DNA of 64,000 nt, from assembly GCA_028710985.1 (NCBI GenBank), contig JAQTTB010000002.1:6888-70887 (forward strand), given 5' to 3'. Below the pieces are notes generated by a model. The model saw only the letters and a list, made by a program, of their open reading frames with translations. It made no database searches and was not told where the DNA came from. Of this stretch, positions 17,826 to 28,423 are shown one piece after another; within the stretch, counting starts at the first letter, position 1; every line of letters starts with the position of its first letter. This DNA comes from Patescibacteria group bacterium. GTDB lineage: Bacteria; Patescibacteriota; Patescibacteriia; JAHJFT01. The translations under genes and the position numbers were made by a program.

Positions 17826-18887
17826 TCAAGACGCCGTCCGGCCCTTATAATTTTTCACTAAAATTAAACCCATTATTACCATCACGCCTGCCAAAACAAC
17901 CAATGCCACCATTTTATATTTACTCTGTAAAAAAAGCGTGGTTAAGCCAAAAATCGTCGCCAAAAGATAGAGTATAAGCACCGCCTGCCGCTGATTCAGT
18001 CCGATATCCAGCAGCCTGAAATGCAAATGCTTACGGTCGCCGCGGAACGGCGATCTTTTTTCAATAAAAATACGTCGAATAACCACCCATATTACATCCA
18101 GCACCGGGATTCCCATCACGAGCAGGGCGGTCGCGATCTTGCCGCCGGAGATAATCGCCAGAGTGCCAAGCAGGAATCCGCAAAGCGTACTGCCGGATTC
18201 GCCCAGAAAAATTTTAGCCGGATAAAAATTAAAAATCAGGAAGCCCGCCAGCGCGCCGGCAACAATCATGGCGAGCAGGGCAACGTCCGGCTGATAATAA
18301 ACCGTAAACAATGCAAGAAATGCTATCATCAGCGCCCCAATTCCGGTGATACCGGCCGCGAGTCCGTCCAGGCCGTCCAAAACCTTTGTCGTGTATATCA
18401 TAAGAAGTATCCAGACGAATGTCAGCAAATCCGACGGCAGCGTCAAGAACCACCATTCCCACTGATTGAGCTTTATTACTCCGCCGAACGGGTTAGTTAT
18501 CTGATCGATGCCCACGCCGGCCGCCACCAGGCTCCCTGCCGCAAGAATCGGCCAGACGAGCTGATATTTTGGACGAAGATTAAATTTATCGTCAAGAATT
18601 CCGCCGATCATCAGAAATATCGCGCCCGCAAGAACCCCGGCCAAATGCTTTGCCTTGATTGGACTATCAAAAACCACATCAAACCCAAACCAGCACACCG
18701 CAACTACTGCGACAACCGCCGCTAATATCGCCAAGCCGCCCATAAGTGGAGTCGGATTCTTGTGTATCTTTCTCTCCTCCGTGCCCGGGCGATCAATAAT
18801 ATTTAATTTTAAAGCAAGCCACTTTACAAGTGGCGTTAATATCAGTGTCAACGCGAACGCTGACAAAAAAACTATAAAATAGCTCAT
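17826..18887 (-). CDS. MraY/WecA-family undecaprenyl-phosphate GlcNAc-1-phosphate transferase
   Basis: ERKIH..PTPLMGG, GILDD, LDGLDG, NFYPAKIFLG, HLHFRL. Confidence 0.9.
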   Translation of the reverse strand: MSYFIVFLSAFALTLILTPLVKWLALKLNIIDRPGTEERKIHKNPTPLMGGLAILAAVVAVVAVCWFGFDVVFDSPIKAKHLAGVLAGAIFLMIGGILDDKFNLRPKYQLVWPILAAGSLVAAGVGIDQITNPFGGVIKLNQWEWWFLTLPSDLLTFVWILLMIYTTKVLDGLDGLAAGITGIGALMIAFLALFTVYYQPDVALLAMIVAGALAGFLIFNFYPAKIFLGESGSTLCGFLLGTLAIISGGKIATALLVMGIPVLDVIWVVIRRIFIEKRSPFRGDRKHLHFRLLDIGLNQRQAVLILYLLATIFGLTTLFLQSKYKMVALVVLAGVMVIMGLILVKNYKGRTAS

Positions 18888-21625
18888 AGTTCCGCGGCCT
18901 TTTCAATGCGTAATTGACCTCCTTTTTCCAAATAAACAATATCGCGCCGTCCAATTTTTCCGGTCAATAAATAATTTGCCAGCGCGTCATTCACCCTCTC
19001 GTGAATCACTCTTTTTAATGGACGTGCGCCAAACAGCGGATCGAAACCCGCAGTGGCCAATTCCTCAGCCGCCTCTTCAGTGACCCGAAGATGAATTCCC
19101 TTCTCTTCCATTACGCCCTGAAGCTTTGAAAGCTGCAGCCAGGCAATCTGCAGAACCTCTTCGCGCGTGAGCGGCGCGAAAACAATAACTCCGTCAAAAC
19201 GGTTCAAAAACTCAGGACGGAAATATTGCTTCAGCTTCTCCTGGACCAGCGTGGTCTGGATCTGCGCAACCGGCGTATTTTTTTTAATCTCTTCCTGAAT
19301 AAAATCCGTACCCGCATTAGATGTCATGATGATAATCGCATTTGTAAAATCGACGGTCCGGCCGAGATTATCAGTTAACCGGCCGTCATCCATGACTTGT
19401 AAAAACGCGTTTAGTATATCAGGATGGGCTTTTTCGATTTCGTCCAGGAGTATCAGGGCAAAAGGCTTTTTGCGCACCATCTCGGTCAAAATTCCGCCTT
19501 CCTTATCGCCCGGCGCGCCAATCAGGCGGTAGATGCTGGTTTTTTCCTGATATTCGGACATGTCCAGACGAATCATATTATTCTCGTCGCCGAAATACAC
19601 TTCGGCTACGGTTTTTGAAAGTTCGGTCTTGCCCACACCGGTCGGTCCGAGAAACAAGAAATTGGCAATCGGGCGCTTCTTTTCCCGAAGTTCGGCGCGA
19701 GCGCGGCGCAGAGCCGCGGAAACCGCTTTCACGGCCTCATGCTGACCAATCACGCGCTTATGAATCTCATCTTCGAGTTTCAATAGTTTCTCGCTCTCTT
19801 CTCCGGTTATCGCGGTAACCGGCACTTTTGTTTTTTCAGTAATAATTTTCGCCGCGTCTTCGCCCGTGACTAAGGCTTTTTCTCCCCTGGTCTTCCTGAC
19901 CTCCAACGCCGCTTCTTTAATTATTTCAATTGCTTTATCCGGCAGATATCTTTCATGCATCAGCTTGGCGGTCAGCCGCACCGCTTTATCAATTGCATCG
20001 TAAGTGAAAAATACCTTGTTTTCATATTCAATGGAGCCGGCCTTGGCTTCAAGCACGCGAATTGCCGTATCCTCGTCCAGCTCACCGACGTCAATCTTTT
20101 GCATGCGATTGCCGAGCGTACGGCTTTCAATCGCGCGGGTATAATCACCGGGCCTTGAAGTCGCAATGGAAATAAAATATCCGCGGCCGAGTTCATTGGC
20201 AAAAACCTCAGCCAGGTCGATGCTCTGTTCACTGCCCGAAGTAATACCCACCATTTTATCAATATGCGGAACGACGAGAATTATATTGCCCGAAACACCG
20301 ACCTCATTCAGAACCTTCAAGAGCCTCTCTTCGGCCTCCGAGGCCGTGGCGCCGGAAACAAGCTGCGCCGTGCTTAAACTCACCAGTCTTTTATCCTGCA
20401 AAATCTTGGGCACGTCTTCCTGCGCCATGCGCTGGGCCAGGCCTTCGATGATTGCCTGCTTACCCACGCCGGACTCGCCGATAAGAATCGCACTCTGGCG
20501 GCCGCCCTCAATAATGCGCATCAGCTGATTGATTTCCGACGAACGGTTGACGCACGGACTCAAATATCCGTAAGTCGCCATCATAGTTAAGTCCGTGCTG
20601 AACCGGTCAAGCATTGGCGTGGCGATTGCCGTCATGGCACGGTTCATTGCGCCGCGCGGCTTAAGTCGCGCTGCGGCGCGAAATTCACGCCACTGCTCGG
20701 ACAATATCTCCTGGATCCTGATCCAGGAAACCACATTGTTAAGTTTTACGGTATCCACATCCAGGCCAAAGAGCAGTTCCTGCAGGTTTTGGTTTGCCGC
20801 AACAGCCTGCACGAACAATTCAATCGGTCCGATCAAGCGGTGCCGATGGTTATAGGCGTCAACATATGCCCCGAGCACCGCGGCCCTGAGCGCGTCTGAC
20901 CAGACCAGTCGGCCGCCGGCCGCCGGCGGTAGTTTGATGAGCATACCACCCAGGCTTTCCTGCAATTTCTTCATATCCACGCCAAGCCGTCCAAAAACCA
21001 ATCCAATTTGCGGAGTAGAAAGCAGACTGGCAAACAAATGCGCTGGTTCAACCACGCCGTGCTTGAAATTTTGGGCCAACTCATAAGCCCGCTCCAGGCT
21101 GCGCCAAGCCGAAATATTAATTGAACGCGTCACGTCAACACGCTGTTTGGCTACGGCCGCCTGTTCCCAGGGCGCGGCGGCCAAGGCATCTAGGTTGATT
21201 TCTTCTTCTTCGTAGCCGCGGCGCGGAATTTTAATTAAAGCTTCTCCCTCAAGAGCAAGCCGGTAAAAAACAAACGTTAATATCGCCAAACCGATCCAAA
21301 AAATCAAGATTCTGACGTTAGGATTCAGCCAGGTCGCGACTTCGGCCATGGGCAGCCAGCCAAAATTATAAAAATAAATTCCCGTTTGCACGATCGCCAA
21401 TACAGCCAGAATCAATATTGCAAAATTCACAAAATTATTTGCCGCACGGCGCCAGCGATTGAATATAATCTCAAACGGATCAATGTTCTTCCCCCAATAT
21501 AGAAATATAAGTGGCAGGCTTAACCCAAATCCGATGCCACGGCAGACCGAACACACGATATTGCCGTCGATTCCCGAACCAGCGCATTTTGGGCATTTAC
21601 TAATTTTTTGCTCAAGATTTTCCAT
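18884..21625 (-). CDS. ClpA/B/C-family AAA+ ATPase with N-terminal zinc finger and two TM helices
   Basis: CPKC..CSVC, two TMs, Clp-N repeat, GESGVGK, FLGPTGVGKTE, LLDEIEKAH, GARPL. Confidence 0.9.
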   Translation of the reverse strand: MENLEQKISKCPKCAGSGIDGNIVCSVCRGIGFGLSLPLIFLYWGKNIDPFEIIFNRWRRAANNFVNFAILILAVLAIVQTGIYFYNFGWLPMAEVATWLNPNVRILIFWIGLAILTFVFYRLALEGEALIKIPRRGYEEEEINLDALAAAPWEQAAVAKQRVDVTRSINISAWRSLERAYELAQNFKHGVVEPAHLFASLLSTPQIGLVFGRLGVDMKKLQESLGGMLIKLPPAAGGRLVWSDALRAAVLGAYVDAYNHRHRLIGPIELFVQAVAANQNLQELLFGLDVDTVKLNNVVSWIRIQEILSEQWREFRAAARLKPRGAMNRAMTAIATPMLDRFSTDLTMMATYGYLSPCVNRSSEINQLMRIIEGGRQSAILIGESGVGKQAIIEGLAQRMAQEDVPKILQDKRLVSLSTAQLVSGATASEAEERLLKVLNEVGVSGNIILVVPHIDKMVGITSGSEQSIDLAEVFANELGRGYFISIATSRPGDYTRAIESRTLGNRMQKIDVGELDEDTAIRVLEAKAGSIEYENKVFFTYDAIDKAVRLTAKLMHERYLPDKAIEIIKEAALEVRKTRGEKALVTGEDAAKIITEKTKVPVTAITGEESEKLLKLEDEIHKRVIGQHEAVKAVSAALRRARAELREKKRPIANFLFLGPTGVGKTELSKTVAEVYFGDENNMIRLDMSEYQEKTSIYRLIGAPGDKEGGILTEMVRKKPFALILLDEIEKAHPDILNAFLQVMDDGRLTDNLGRTVDFTNAIIIMTSNAGTDFIQEEIKKNTPVAQIQTTLVQEKLKQYFRPEFLNRFDGVIVFAPLTREEVLQIAWLQLSKLQGVMEEKGIHLRVTEEAAEELATAGFDPLFGARPLKRVIHERVNDALANYLLTGKIGRRDIVYLEKGGQLRIEKAAEL

Positions 21626-21626
21626 T

Positions 21627-22001
21627 TTATGTAAATTCGATAAATTGCAAAACGATCATAATCGCTAAAAATACCGGCCAGGCAATATAAACGGCAAAAA
21701 CAATCAGTGCAGCTATCGCGCAACCGATCAAGCCGATTGAGCGAATAATAATCATAAAAATTCTCATCAAAAAACTGATGATGCGTCCGGGGATATCCGA
21801 CACGGCGTACATTGGCCGGAAAATATTGACAATCCAGACGCGCACGGCAAGCCGCATCTCCATACCGCCCACGAACTTAAATAAAAAAACGGCCACGCGT
21901 ATCAATCCGCGCGTGTACCACCAAACCGGAAAATAAATCACATTGCCGGCAATATCCCACACAAGGGATTTTATCAAAATAAGTGTATTTGATTGAATCA
22001 T
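21627..22001 (-). CDS. small membrane protein co-transcribed with the Clp ATPase
   Basis: YFPVWWY...NIFRPMY motif; start reset to MIQSN, 6 nt after TATAAT. Confidence 0.8.
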   Translation of the reverse strand: MIQSNTLILIKSLVWDIAGNVIYFPVWWYTRGLIRVAVFLFKFVGGMEMRLAVRVWIVNIFRPMYAVSDIPGRIISFLMRIFMIIIRSIGLIGCAIAALIVFAVYIAWPVFLAIMIVLQFIEFT

Positions 22002-22113
22002 GGCGCCATTATACCAAAATTTTGGTTCAAAATAAACATCCCCATCCACCATGGACATTATTTTAACGATATGCTTAAATGATCTGAAGGGCTCTTTCAA
22101 AAGGGAGGTTATC

Positions 22114-22941
22114 ATGGCCAATACTACCCCTGAACCCATTCTCTTGGTACTAAATCCCATTGCTCCATTTGAACTGATATTTTTCGGCTTACTGAGGCAG
22201 CTCCTGAGGAATCTGGGCTACAATGCGCACATCCTCAAGGTCGGGATCCCGCGCGATATCACGGGCCACAATTTGTTCACCTATTACACGACCAGGTGCA
22301 AATCCGAAACCCTCCGCATCGGCCGATACCTCGACCGGCCCATCACCCTAGTCGGATTATCAGCAGGCGGTGAAATTTGCCTCGAAACCGCGTCTTTCAA
22401 CCCCGAATTCGTGAACAAAATAATCCTGCTGGACTCCTACCTTTTTACCGAAGCTCAGAATCGCGTCGACATGATCTCGTACCGGCTCATCATCGCCTAT
22501 CTCAAAGCATTGGCCGGCCTAAAAAATAACCGGCTGGATAATCTGGGCATGCGCTTCCTTTTCTGGACGCAGGCCAAGGCCGGCGCGACCTTCCGGCAGA
22601 ATGTTGCGGCCATTGAGATGGCCAACGCGGGATTTGATTCCCTTGAGCCGTCCCGACACTTTGACGAGCTGCGCCAGGCGACCGTTGAGCTTGATCCCGC
22701 CTACCTTGCCAAGGCAATGGAAGACTGGCTTATCACCATCGCTAACTACGACTACGAGAGCCGGATCAACTACCTGCAGGATCGCATCTACTGTTTCCCG
22801 GCCACGGCTAACGCCAAACAGCTGAAAGGGAAAATCAAGCGCGTCAGCAAAATCCGGGACTGCCAACACATCGTTCCTTTGGACCGCCCGATCACCTGCC
22901 GCGACATCATCGCCGATGTCCTGAACGGCAAGTACGACTAA
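22114..22941 (+). CDS. alpha/beta hydrolase-fold orphan protein
   Basis: LVGLSAGG nucleophile elbow and C-terminal His (CQHIVP); GGGAGGT SD before ATG 22114. Confidence 0.75.
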   Translation: MANTTPEPILLVLNPIAPFELIFFGLLRQLLRNLGYNAHILKVGIPRDITGHNLFTYYTTRCKSETLRIGRYLDRPITLVGLSAGGEICLETASFNPEFVNKIILLDSYLFTEAQNRVDMISYRLIIAYLKALAGLKNNRLDNLGMRFLFWTQAKAGATFRQNVAAIEMANAGFDSLEPSRHFDELRQATVELDPAYLAKAMEDWLITIANYDYESRINYLQDRIYCFPATANAKQLKGKIKRVSKIRDCQHIVPLDRPITCRDIIADVLNGKYD

Positions 22942-23011
22942 CGCAAAAATCGCCTCCCTTGGGGCGATTCTTTTTTATAAATTCTATTTATTCCTTACCC
23001 ATCCCCTGCCC

Positions 23012-23245
23012 CTTCCCGCCGCGAACCCGCGTGGCTATTGTTCGTTCATCGGGGCGGGAAGGGGTTGGATTAAGAAGGGGCTTCGCCCCTTCTCGTATCC
23101 CCTCTTTACGAACGTCTAAAACAGAACATGGGGTTCGGGGTGGCTGCTAAGCGTCGTATAGAAACACAAAGAGTTGCCTAATGAAATAGAGAGCGCATCA
23201 GCCACCCCGAAACTTTTTGGTTACTTTTTGGTTACAAAAAGTAAC
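23012..23245. repeat. intergenic cluster of palindromes
   Basis: CCTTCCCGCC/GGCGGGAAGG, AGAAGGGGC-TTC-GCCCCTTCT, TTCGGGGTGGCTG/CAGCCACCCCGAA, GTTACTTTTTG/CAAAAAGTAAC. Confidence 0.6.
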
Positions 23246-23279
23246 GCGCCGAAGGCAAGAGAAAAGAGGTAAAGAGGTG

Positions 23280-24392
<1,113 letters not shown>

Positions 24393-24444
24393 CTAAAACA
24401 AAAACGCGCGATTGTCGAGTCGCGCGCCATCTAAAATTATATAA

Positions 24445-24795
24445 TTAACGATTGACCGCAACGGCGCCCGGTTTTTTTACATAGCGGACATTTTCCACCG
24501 GCACCATGCCCAGAGTCTTCACCCGCTCTTCCACGCTGTCCAAAGACTGCAATTCCGCGATTTCCAGCTCCACCTTGCGGCTGCTGTCTTCAATGGCCTG
24601 GATCTTTTTTTCCAAATCCCGAATTTTATATCCCTTGGTCGTCACCTTATTAACTTGCACAAGATAAAATCCTCCCATAATCATAACCAATATCATGGCC
24701 ACGATATTGAGGTTTGTGATTTTAAAGAGCTTCAAGAATGTATCTTGGCGCTTAATTTCGTGCCGGATGTTTGTCAGCTTTTGGAAAGGTGACAT
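24445..24795 (-). CDS. ftsL: FtsL-like cell division protein
   Basis: single TM, coiled coil and LGM motif; immediately after rsmH. Confidence 0.7.
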   Translation of the reverse strand: MSPFQKLTNIRHEIKRQDTFLKLFKITNLNIVAMILVMIMGGFYLVQVNKVTTKGYKIRDLEKKIQAIEDSSRKVELEIAELQSLDSVEERVKTLGMVPVENVRYVKKPGAVAVNR

Positions 24796-24798
24796 ATT

Positions 24799-25698
24799 TT
24801 ATTTTTGTTTTTTAATTTTTTCGCAGACGCGCAATTTCGCGCTGCGTGATCTGGGATTTATGTTAATCTCCCGCTCCGATGGTTTTATGGGTTTTTTTGT
24901 AATTAATTTTACCGTTGCCGCCCGGGCCTGACGCCGCATGAACTGTTTGACGATCCTGTCCTCCAGGGAATGAAATGTGATGACCGCCAGGCGTCCGTGA
25001 TTTCCAAGCGCTGATAAAGCGTCGGGCAATGCCTGTTCCAGCCCCTCAAGCTCGCCATTGGTTTCAATGCGCAGCGCCTGAAATGTCCGCGTGGCGAAAT
25101 GCAATTTTGAATGAAGATATTTCCACGGAACCGACTTTTCAATCACTCCGACCAGCTCCAGGGTTGTCTCAATCAGCTTTTTCTTTCTCTGCCGGATTAT
25201 CTGGCGCGCGATCGGCCGCGCGTAGCGCTCCTCGCCGTAGAGCAAAAATATTCTGGCCAAATCGGCCTCGGAATATGTATTCACGATTTCCGCGGCGGTT
25301 ATTCCCTGCTCCGTATCGAACCGCATGTCCAGCGGTCCCTGCTCGTGAAAGCTGAAGCCTCGCTCCGGAGATTTAATCTGAACAAGCGAGTAGCCAAGAT
25401 CTAATAAAATTCCGCGCGCATCAAAATCCGGGGCAGCATACTGACGTATGTTTTTATAATTATCGTTGACTAATTTGATTCTTTTACCAAACTTCGAAAG
25501 GTAATGTTGCGCGCGGCGCAATGCGCCTTCATCGCGGTCGAAACCAAGCAGCCGTCCGTCCGGCGCCGTAAGTTCCAAAATCGCCGAGGCGTGGCCTCCG
25601 TCTCCAACTGTCCCATCAACGAAGTTCTGGTTCGGCCGCGGATCCAGAAACTTAATTGTTTCTTCCAGCAAAACTGGTTCGTGTTTTAATTCATTCAT
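24799..25698 (-). CDS. rsmH: 16S rRNA m4C1402 methyltransferase
   Basis: HEPVLL, DGTVGDGGH, LDMR, FQALRI, FHSLEDRIVK, NPRSRSAKLR; start reset to MNELK. Confidence 0.97.
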   Translation of the reverse strand: MNELKHEPVLLEETIKFLDPRPNQNFVDGTVGDGGHASAILELTAPDGRLLGFDRDEGALRRAQHYLSKFGKRIKLVNDNYKNIRQYAAPDFDARGILLDLGYSLVQIKSPERGFSFHEQGPLDMRFDTEQGITAAEIVNTYSEADLARIFLLYGEERYARPIARQIIRQRKKKLIETTLELVGVIEKSVPWKYLHSKLHFATRTFQALRIETNGELEGLEQALPDALSALGNHGRLAVITFHSLEDRIVKQFMRRQARAATVKLITKKPIKPSEREININPRSRSAKLRVCEKIKKQK

Positions 25699-25741
25699 GG
25701 GAGAGTGGGAGAGAGGAACCAAGGGGTTCCTCTCAGGAGAT

Positions 25742-26038
25742 TTAAGCTGCGGAGGATATGAAGCAGTACACGGTGGTCGATGCCGCGCGCGACCTTCTCT
25801 CGGCCGCATGATGCTGCTCGACAATCTCGCCGGCAAGCCGGAAGGCTTCCTCGTGGTCGTCGGAAAAGATGACCCTGTTGCGCGGAAACTCATCGCGCAC
25901 CTCATCAAGCTGCTCTGCACTGCAGAGCAAGAGGTATATATCTTTTCCCAACGAGTGAGACCGGAGTACCATCGGATCGTACACATTCGACACCCAGATG
26001 ATTACGAATGCCTGGGTCGAAATTCTGACTTGTGTCAA
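25742..26038 (-). CDS. orphan 98-aa protein inserted between mraZ and rsmH
   Basis: GGGAGGT SD then TTG start; GAGAGGAACC/GGTTCCTCTC hairpin right after the stop. Confidence 0.6.
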   Translation of the reverse strand: MTQVRISTQAFVIIWVSNVYDPMVLRSHSLGKDIYLLLCSAEQLDEVRDEFPRNRVIFSDDHEEAFRLAGEIVEQHHAAERRSRAASTTVYCFISSAA

Positions 26039-26095
26039 GATGCACCTCCCTTTGCTTAGCCCCGGGTTTTGAATAGTAAAACTCAAGACCCGCGG

Positions 26096-26527
26096 TTAAA
26101 CACCGAGTTCAGCCAACTTCTCCGAAATATCGGATGAAGACTGCTCGGTGTTTTTTGAATACTGTTCCCACGAGGCAGAATCCCAGATCTCCAAACGATT
26201 GTATAACCCAGCAATTACCGCCTCTTTGGAGAGGCCGGCATACTGGCGGAGATATTCGGGTAAATTAATTCTGCCCTGCTTGTCTGGGATTACATCCATT
26301 GCTCCGGCCAGCATAAGCCGAGCAAACGCCCGCGCTTTGGCCTGGGAAATGGGTAAATTCGCTAATTTATTGGCCAAGATCCTCCATTCGTCCATGGTAT
26401 AAACAAAAAGACATTTATCAATGCCTCTTGTTATCACCGCTCCCTTGGCTAAATCGGACCGGAATTTTACCGGCACGGCCAGGCGGCCCTTTTCGTCTAA
26501 ATTGTGTTTAAACTCGCCGATGAACAT
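26096..26527 (-). CDS. mraZ: division/cell wall cluster regulator MraZ
   Basis: MFIGE...LDEKGRL and DKQGRI duplicated AbrB domains. Confidence 0.97.
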   Translation of the reverse strand: MFIGEFKHNLDEKGRLAVPVKFRSDLAKGAVITRGIDKCLFVYTMDEWRILANKLANLPISQAKARAFARLMLAGAMDVIPDKQGRINLPEYLRQYAGLSKEAVIAGLYNRLEIWDSASWEQYSKNTEQSSSDISEKLAELGV

Positions 26528-26551
26528 AAAATAGCTAAAAATCCCTTAGAG

Positions 26552-26675
26552 TTATCCACAACTAAACCAAGTTATCCCCACATCTCACCATCATTAACCC
26601 CTACATGCATATTATACCCCATTTTTCCCCACCCGTCCACCATTCAAATGCCGCACTTATCCACAATCTTCCACA
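26552..26675. promoter_or_regulatory. mraZ promoter with DnaA boxes and MraZ-type TGG(G/T)G repeats
   Basis: TTATCCACA at 26552 and 26657, near-matches at 26572 and 26667; CCCCA/CACCA spaced ~10 bp at 26576-26590 and 26617-26642; TATAAT on minus at 26616-26611. Confidence 0.65.
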
Positions 26676-26774
26676 AATAAAAAAGACCGGCCATGCTGCC
26701 ATGGACCGGTCAGAACAAGAAACCATCCCCTAGCTGGGTACCGAAGCGTCCGGGCTCAACCGCTTGTCGACCCC

Positions 26775-27737
26775 CTACCCAAGATTCGCATCAATTTCTG
26801 CCGCTTCGAACACTGCCAGACGCATCGCCAGATCGTCACGAATCTTTTTCGCCTGCTTGGACCTGATGAATCGCTTGGTCGCGTCCAATTGGCCGATAGT
26901 CTCCTCCAGAAGTTCGCGTTCGTGCCGCTTGGCGGCCAACAGCGCCTCCATCACCTCTTCACGCTCGGCACGAATTTCGGCAATTTCTCGCCGACGTTCG
27001 CGCACTTCTCGGAGTAGGTTTGGCACTTCATGCCGCCACTCCTGAATACCGCCATGTATCTGATGCGCGAATCGGAGTGTCTCACCCACGGTAAGTGCGA
27101 TTGCGTCGCCTTTCCCGTCGATTAGCTCGACATACTGTCCGGCTATCGGATCAGTAATCGGTTTGGGCGCACGAACGCGCCAAGCCATTGTCAGCAGAAG
27201 ATAATCGCTGGAGTCGCAATAGAACAGCTGACCCTGCCTGCGTCTGAACCAGCCGCCAAGCGGTACACGGAGGAAGTTATTGTGTTTTCCCCTTGCAGCT
27301 AACGCGGAAGATGATTCAAGCGATCTATTTTTGAGCGACATATTTCCGCGCGAGACAATAATAACGCCGACGTCCGGGTCCACTCCCTGATTATCGAGAA
27401 TCCAGAACCACGCGTCGTAGCCCACGACGTTGCGGCGCCAGCAGGGAGTTATCTTTTCTATCTCTAAAAGTACCAACCCTACGCCGAAAAGTCCGCCCAG
27501 GACGAACCCTGCAGCCGTAACAAATAAAATAATAACGTCCATTCCCGATACTTGGTTTGGCATATGTGTGAGTATCCACAGATGCCAAACAAGGGACGGG
27601 ATGGCTAACGACAACAGGAGCATACCGATTAGTGCGATCTTCATCTTTCCCAGCTCCACCAGCCCCAATTCCATGGGAACCGCATCCTCGAGCCCCTCAG
27701 GCATCTTGTTCTCGTTCCTTTTCTCGTTCTCGCTCAT
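26775..27737 (-). CDS. orphan protein with two TM helices and a C-terminal coiled coil
   Basis: AAGGA SD before MSENE; own promoter TTGACA-17-TAATGT and terminator near 26680-26711. Confidence 0.75.
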   Translation of the reverse strand: MSENEKRNENKMPEGLEDAVPMELGLVELGKMKIALIGMLLLSLAIPSLVWHLWILTHMPNQVSGMDVIILFVTAAGFVLGGLFGVGLVLLEIEKITPCWRRNVVGYDAWFWILDNQGVDPDVGVIIVSRGNMSLKNRSLESSSALAARGKHNNFLRVPLGGWFRRRQGQLFYCDSSDYLLLTMAWRVRAPKPITDPIAGQYVELIDGKGDAIALTVGETLRFAHQIHGGIQEWRHEVPNLLREVRERRREIAEIRAEREEVMEALLAAKRHERELLEETIGQLDATKRFIRSKQAKKIRDDLAMRLAVFEAAEIDANLG

Positions 27738-27930
27738 CTTGGTTTCCTTTCCAACTTCCGCCTCGGGCGGAAAAGTGGGTGGCGCGGTGGAAGAGCCTTT
27801 CCTGATCCCGATAGCCCCAATGGCAATCAGGGGGGACAATCTCTTCAGCCCGCCGGGGAATTTTGTTTTTAAGGATCTCGACACTAAACATTAGCACTCT
27901 TTTTTCAAAATGTCAATACTGTCATGTTTT

Positions 27931-28340
27931 CGTCATTCCCGCGAAGGCGGGAATCCAAGCGCAATATACCGGGGGTATCTCAGTCAATATTATCGTACAA
28001 ATCACTCCAGAGAGGATTAAAATCCTCTATCAATCTAATCTTCCAACTGCGGTTCCATTTCTTTAATTGCTTTTCCCGCATAATTGCTTCTTCAATGCTC
28101 TCGTACATTTCGTAATATACTAACTTATTAATATAATGCTGCGCCGTGAAAGCGCTGTCTTCGCCTTGCTTATGCTCAAATACCCTGCGCTTTAAATTAT
28201 TCGTTACGCCAATATACAAAGTCCCGTTTCTATTGCTTGCGAGAATGTACGTATAAAATTGATAATAATCGAGCATCTGTACTATTTATTGTTTTCTGGT
28301 AGCTTATAGTATCTGGATTCCCGCCTTCGCGGGAATGACG
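27931..28340. mobile_element. GIY-YIG nuclease flanked by perfect 27-bp inverted palindromic repeats
   Basis: CGTCATTCCCGCGAAGGCGGGAATCCA(27931-27957) and its exact reverse complement (28314-28340). Confidence 0.7.
27980..28276 (-). CDS. GIY-YIG nuclease family protein
   Basis: YTYILAS..GTLYIGVTNNL.RR..EH, REKQLKKW.R.WK..LIE..NP.W.DL. Confidence 0.92.
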   Translation of the reverse strand: MLDYYQFYTYILASNRNGTLYIGVTNNLKRRVFEHKQGEDSAFTAQHYINKLVYYEMYESIEEAIMREKQLKKWNRSWKIRLIEDFNPLWSDLYDNID

Positions 28341-28423
28341 GAAGAGTGATTTGCGTTAAAAAGCGATGCATGCCAGAATTTGACTTTATGCAAATGGAGT
28401 AGGAGATAAAAAACGCGATTTGT

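Noticed and set aside
25697-26059. 120-aa + strand ORF between rsmH and mraZ
   Set aside because: Its start overlaps the rsmH start and a hairpin; SD, start and 3' hairpin favour the minus-strand ORF.
26552-26675. oriC
   Set aside because: Few boxes, no adjacent dnaA/dnaN and no clear AT-rich unwinding element; better explained as promoter regulation.
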